Assembly: GCA_035623825.1 (NCBI GenBank)
Contig: DASPSR010000023.1
Span: 1 to 28,167 of the forward strand
Reading direction: 5' to 3'
Source of the DNA: Nitrospirota bacterium
GTDB lineage: Bacteria; Nitrospirota; UBA9217
DNA: 28,167 nucleotides
A program made the translations under genes and the position numbers. The notes below the pieces were generated by a model. It ran no database searches. It saw nothing but the letters and a program-made list of their open reading frames with translations, and was not told where the DNA came from. Positions within the stretch are counted from its first letter, which is position 1. Every line of letters begins with the position of its first letter. Shown in pieces: positions 23,706 through 28,167 of this stretch.

Positions 23706-25172
23706 TCATTTTCGCCCTACAATCTCCTTGTAGCACATGTTCCCGGAACCGATTGCGGGCGTGAATCCTCCACCGATTACCCAAGCTCCGACGAAGTAAA
23801 GGTTGCGCAAGAGAGGTGATCGCACTTGTGGACGTCTGAAGAACTGCGCTGCCGATGGAGCAAAACCGTAGGGCGTGCCGGATGGTGTCCGAAGGTAACG
23901 ATGCATCGTCCGAGGAGTACCCACCTCTGCGTATTCGACTAACTCATGGATCCCCGGATAGTGCTCTGCAAGCACCTCGAGGTAGGAATTGATGATCTCC
24001 TGTTTCTTTCGCTTGTACTCCTCGTCTCCCATCTTTTCGTAGTGCGGAAAAAAATCGGTCGTACAAATGACAGCGACCGATTTCTCAGGGGCACACAGTC
24101 CTGAATCGATTTGGGAATAGTCTACGAAGACAAAGCCCCGTTTTGTGATGTCCTGATCAAGAAGCGCTTTATAGTCGTCGATGTTGGCTACATTGCGGAA
24201 GAAGAAGCGAGAGTACGCCTGCTTGCCATAGACACTCTTGAGGTTCCTGCGGAAGCCAAAATAAACAGAAAGGAGCGAGTTAGCAGTCTGCCTTGTCTCT
24301 GTGTACGGTTGTCCTGCCAAGGCATACGTCTGAGCAGGTGACAGATTCGACACAACAGCATGAGCATTCAATGTGGCCGTTTCGCCATGCCGTCGATAGG
24401 TAACGGAGACCGCTTTTCTTCCTTCCACCGAAATTGCGACGGCCTCTGAGCCCATAAATACGTCGCCCCCGCTGTCGCGGATTACCGAGGCCAGGTAGTC
24501 GGACAGCTTCTGGCTGCCTCCCTTGATATACCATCCGCCTTCGTTGTAATAGGACGATTGGGCAAGGGCGTGGTAGATCATACTGAATGTATCGGGGACA
24601 GTATGGTAGTAGCCGATGTTGGCGTTCAGCACGAGTTTGAGCTCTTCGTTCTCAATGATCCCGTCCAATACCTCTCGAACGGATCGCCGTCGGTACCTGA
24701 TCAGGCTTCGAAAAACAAAAGGGAACAGCATGAGCTCCCACCACGTTGCATGCTCAATGCGTTCAACATCTTTTGCGAGGGTGTCGATGAGATCAAAGTA
24801 GCGATCTATTCCTTTGGCGTCAGCGGGATAGCGATCCTTGAGCGCTGTCATAGCTTCGTCACGGCGATTCGGCATTGTGAAGTCGAAGCCAGATGCGGTT
24901 ACGCGAAAGAACTCGGCGGGCTCAACGAAATTGACATTTTCGTATACACCCAAGGTGTCAAAGACCGCTTTCGTTGTGGGATGCGTTCGGGCGGCGTCCA
25001 TCTCGTGCAAGCCAACTTCTATCTCGTATCCACCTTTCCTTCGAAAAGTTGTTGCAGCCCCGCCGATTTTGTGGTGTTGCTCGATCAGTGTGATGCGGTA
25101 CCCGTGCTTAGCAAGCAGGGCACCCGCCGTCAGGCCGCCGAGACCACCACCAATGATTGCTATCTGCTCCAT
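23706..25172 (-). CDS. Phytoene desaturase/retinol saturase-like FAD-dependent oxidoreductase
   Basis: IIGGGLGGL Rossmann motif, E....IGG, GGWYIKGGSQ, GTPRTMHRY...G..YG and NLYFVG...GGGF. Confidence 0.88.
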   Translation of the reverse strand: MEQIAIIGGGLGGLTAGALLAKHGYRITLIEQHHKIGGAATTFRRKGGYEIEVGLHEMDAARTHPTTKAVFDTLGVYENVNFVEPAEFFRVTASGFDFTMPNRRDEAMTALKDRYPADAKGIDRYFDLIDTLAKDVERIEHATWWELMLFPFVFRSLIRYRRRSVREVLDGIIENEELKLVLNANIGYYHTVPDTFSMIYHALAQSSYYNEGGWYIKGGSQKLSDYLASVIRDSGGDVFMGSEAVAISVEGRKAVSVTYRRHGETATLNAHAVVSNLSPAQTYALAGQPYTETRQTANSLLSVYFGFRRNLKSVYGKQAYSRFFFRNVANIDDYKALLDQDITKRGFVFVDYSQIDSGLCAPEKSVAVICTTDFFPHYEKMGDEEYKRKKQEIINSYLEVLAEHYPGIHELVEYAEVGTPRTMHRYLRTPSGTPYGFAPSAAQFFRRPQVRSPLLRNLYFVGAWVIGGGFTPAIGSGNMCYKEIVGRK

Positions 25173-25490
25173 ACCAACCCCCTTCTTTTCAAAAACTAGA
25201 CCAGTTATTAGTGGAGCGGAATCCGCCCCGCAAATACCGAAAATCCTATGTTAGCGGATTTAGCAATGAAGATACAATCCCTTGTGTGCGAACCGCAGGG
25301 CAGTAAATCTGGAGCGCCGAAAGTTCAAACATTCGGATTAAAATATGCACTGTCTTAGAAGCCAAATGCTCAGCTTCAGGAAGTAGTAATGGCGCACGAT
25401 GGATAATGATTCAGTTTAATTCAAATATAGCAAAAAACGAGAGCAAGTGTTTTCTTAAGTCGGTTCTTGATATATTTCCTGACAGCATAA

Positions 25491-25605
25491 TGGACTACAC
25501 ACGGGCTTAAGTCCGTGGTATCTGAGAGAAGAATCAGAGGCGATTTAGCCTCCGCTTCGCTCCTGACAGCTATTCATCCCCAGCTTTAACGGCTGGAGCT
25601 GGCTG
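25491..25605. mobile_element. Non-autonomous IS200/IS605-type miniature element (PATE/MITE-like)
   Basis: Two sub-terminal hairpins: CACGGGCTTAAGTCCGTG next to GGACTAC, and ATTCATCCCCAGCTTTAACGGCTGGAG. These resemble IS200/IS605 ends. There is a central hairpin GAGGC/GCCTC and no transposase. Confidence 0.6.
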
Positions 25606-25965
25606 TTTTTATAGAACAAAAATCATAAATAGCAAACTGAATGTTACACTCCAACTCAACCATATCGCGTGTAAACTCCGGGATGAGGGTCTTGACAAAA
25701 GCTATAATCGGAATATAGCAATTTCCAGCATTCCCTTCCTTATCAAAGTCATCTACTGCTTCTTACAGGCCGAAAAGAAAAATTATAAAACCTCTGGCTG
25801 TACTACGCTGAACTCGACATCAAGGGGAGGCACCGGATTTTCTCTTAAGTATCAGATAAAAAGTTGGGGACGTCGATCAATCCTGCTAAAACCTTGTCGG
25901 AATGTCCATTCCGATCCTGAATTCCGAGATTCCCGCGAACTTCTGAACAGTAACGACGCTGTAAT

Positions 25966-25997
25966 AAAAAAGGCATCCCGATCATTCGGGATGCCTT
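25966..25997 (-). terminator. Rho-independent terminator of the helicase gene
   Basis: Perfect stem AAGGCATCCCGA-TCAT-TCGGGATGCCTT followed by a T run on the minus strand. Confidence 0.9.
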
Positions 25998-26017
25998 CTG
26001 TGTAAATTCAGAAAACG

Positions 26018-27412
26018 TTATGCCCAACGGCCTTCGCGCGCCGGTCTGGACGACAGGCGGAAATCCGGAAACTTCCCTCCGTCATGTTTTATGAATTTTT
26101 TTTCCTCGCGGTTGAAACGTGAATCCCCATTTCGTCTATTGTCGTTCCGTGAGGCAAAGGAATTTCTCGGCGAGCTGTTCTGCCCGTATCGACTCCCTGC
26201 TAAGGTCCTGTGCCATCGTTTGCCTGATGCCGGTCCAGGCCTGTTCGAGGGGCTTGAGCGGCGCAGAGGCCGTGCTGGCTCCAGACCTGGAATGACCTGC
26301 TGGGGGATAATCTGGCCGATGAACCGCTCGATCTGGTGAAGGAAATCTATCTCCTTTGACGACGCAAAGGAGATGGCGATCCCGGCCGCACCGGCCCGAC
26401 CGGTGCGGCCGATGCGGTGGACGTAGTCCTCGGCGTTCTTCGGCAGATCGTAGTTGATCACATGGGTGATTCCATTCACGTCGAGGCCGCGGGCAGCCAC
26501 GTCGGTAGCCACGAGGAGCCGGATCTTGCCGCGCCGCATGTTCATGATCGTGCGGTTGCGGGCGCTCTGGGGCATGTCACCGTGGAGTGCCGCTGCCGCG
26601 TGGCCCCGGGACGCGAGCTCGCGCGCGAGCCGGTCGGCATTCTTCTTGGTGCCCGAGAAGATGATTGCCCGCGTCATGGCGCTGTCGCTGATCAGGCGGT
26701 TTAGCATCTTGTTTTTGTGCTGCATATCGTCGGCTGCATGGATCCGCTGCTCGATCGACTCGACAGTGATCTTCTTGCTTGCGATCTCGACCCGTACCGG
26801 GTCCTTGAGGAGCCGCTGGGCGAGCTTGATCATAGCGCTGTCCATGGTCGCGGTGAAGAGGAGCGTCTGACGGGTTGCGGGTGTGGCCACTGCGATAGTA
26901 TCCACGGCGTCGCTGAACCCCATATCGAGCATGCGGTCCGCTTCATCAAGGATCAGAACCTCGAGCCGGGAAAAATCTATCCGTCCGCGCTCCATGTGGT
27001 CGATGAGCCGCCCCGGGGTCGCCACGATCAGGTCCACGGGTTGCGACAAAAGCCGCTGCTGCTCGAAATAGGGCATGCCGCCAAGGATGACGCCACTCCG
27101 GATGCGCAGGAACCTTCCGTACGTCCTGACCGCTTCGGTCACCTGGCTTGCCAGTTCGCGCGTGGGCGTGAGCACAAGCACGCGGGGGCCTTTTGACCGC
27201 TTGGTCAGTGTGGACGGTTTGCTGAGGCGCTGGAGCGCCGGGATGATGAAGGCAGCGGTCTTGCCTGTCCCGGTCTGGGCCGTGGCGATGAGGTCATGGC
27301 CTGCCAGGGCCTTGGGGATGGCCTGCTCCTGGACGGGCGTTGGTGCGGTGTAGCCGCAAAGGTTTACTGCATTGAGGATCGGTTCGATAAGCTCTAACTT
27401 GGAAAACGACAT
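26018..27412 (-). CDS. DEAD-box ATP-dependent RNA helicase (RhlE-like)
   Basis: Q motif PTPVQ, AQTGTGKT, PTRELA, TPGRL, DEAD, TAT, ARGLD and HRIGRTGR; basic disordered C-terminal tail. Confidence 0.96.
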   Translation of the reverse strand: MSFSKLELIEPILNAVNLCGYTAPTPVQEQAIPKALAGHDLIATAQTGTGKTAAFIIPALQRLSKPSTLTKRSKGPRVLVLTPTRELASQVTEAVRTYGRFLRIRSGVILGGMPYFEQQRLLSQPVDLIVATPGRLIDHMERGRIDFSRLEVLILDEADRMLDMGFSDAVDTIAVATPATRQTLLFTATMDSAMIKLAQRLLKDPVRVEIASKKITVESIEQRIHAADDMQHKNKMLNRLISDSAMTRAIIFSGTKKNADRLARELASRGHAAAALHGDMPQSARNRTIMNMRRGKIRLLVATDVAARGLDVNGITHVINYDLPKNAEDYVHRIGRTGRAGAAGIAISFASSKEIDFLHQIERFIGQIIPQQVIPGLEPARPLRRSSPSNRPGPASGKRWHRTLAGSRYGQNSSPRNSFASRNDNRRNGDSRFNREEKKFIKHDGGKFPDFRLSSRPAREGRWA

Positions 27413-27419
27413 ACTTCTC

Positions 27420-27786
27420 CTATGGTCAGTCTGACTTACAAGCCTTATCTTGGAAGGATAACAGGACAGAGATAAGCGATAACGGTTTTTATCCGATCTT
27501 TATCCTGGTATCCCGTCAAACAAGCTGACGGCTCCGGTTTTTCCGGGTCAGTGGTGAGCGCGCCGGCCGCAGAGACACCCTGTGTCGCTATAGCCATAAC
27601 GAGCCGGCGCAACGATGACGGCATAACTGCATCGTTCGCCAACCTGGGGACTGCTGTGATTTCAGAAAGGGAGCTGAAAACAAGGGGGGTTGATGATCGA
27701 TGATATGAAGGGCGGGAACTGCGGTAATCCCGGCCACATTGTTAGGCAGTCGAGTGACATAATACAGGTTTTCCGACAAATAGCAA
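27420..27786 (-). promoter_or_regulatory. Putative promoter and ~340-nt structured 5' leader of the helicase
   Basis: TTGCTA-N16-TATTAT at 27759-27786, then a GC-rich multi-hairpin stretch before the AGGAG RBS. Confidence 0.45.
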
Positions 27787-28167
27787 GAATTATTTTTGTT
27801 TGAAACAGAAAATATTTAAATTACTTCTCGATTACAATATGGCAGTTGATAGAGGCGTCGGAGTCAGGCTGCTCTTTCCGCATCTGGGGCAAATCATGGA
27901 AAAGGTCTCGTATGAACATCCGAGCAGCGTGGGGATTGCAGAATATGACATATAGTGGCAGACGCAATGAACATCAACTTCGGCATGAAATATGGAGTTT
28001 CCAAAAGGCGCAGCGATTGCGTCTTTCAGCTTACTATAAGGAAGTAGACAAGAAAACATGGCAACTTCTTTTCTGTTAAAGTTAATTTTAGCGGAATTAA
28101 AAATTAACGGAAAGGAGAAATTGCCATGCTTAATAATGATTATAACAAGCAGTACGAGAGGCGTCAA

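Noticed and set aside
25692-25720. Plus-strand TTGACA promoter-like box
   Set aside because: The TATAAT is only 5 bp away, the alternative -10 is weak, and no ORF or structure follows.
200-28079. Numerous plus-strand ORFs in the ORF track
   Set aside because: Nearly all are antisense shadows of well-supported minus-strand genes, and the rest lack recognisable motifs.
27832-28167. Cys-containing ORFs at the right edge (possible decayed c-type cytochrome or zinc ribbon)
   Set aside because: No intact CxxCH motif, no clear RBS and the frames are inconsistent; it cannot be supported without flanking sequence.

Overview
This is a 28-kb accessory or plasticity region of an anaerobic diderm bacterium. 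The gene content is compatible with a Nitrospirota or Desulfobacterota-like host, which is inference only. Every recognisable gene lies on the minus strand. From the left, the window holds: a partial DUF362 gene; a tight operon of an MtaA/UroD-family Zn-thiol methyltransferase, a 590-aa protein of unknown function and a stand-alone LarC C-terminal-like protein; a QueG/RdhA-like Fe-S protein fused to SCP2, sitting behind an IS3 end; a Cys-type Rdx/SelW protein; a divergent CooS (CODH/HCP superfamily) under a CRP/FNR-type class II promoter; HdeD; a lipoprotein; and a truncated MlaE. Next come an all-exported cluster (DipZ-like CxxS thioredoxin, two alpha/beta hydrolases, cytochrome P460), a USP behind a GEMM-I (c-di-GMP-I) riboswitch, an Omp85-like barrel, two-CW, OsmC, SDR, START and phytoene-desaturase-like proteins, an IS200/IS605-type miniature element, and a DEAD-box helicase with a long structured leader. 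A family of degenerate intergenic repeats recurs between the genes. The best candidates for undescribed biology are the MT2 + 590-aa + LarC2 operon and the CooS that has lost its proton-relay histidines. All family calls come from motif recognition by eye; no searches were run.
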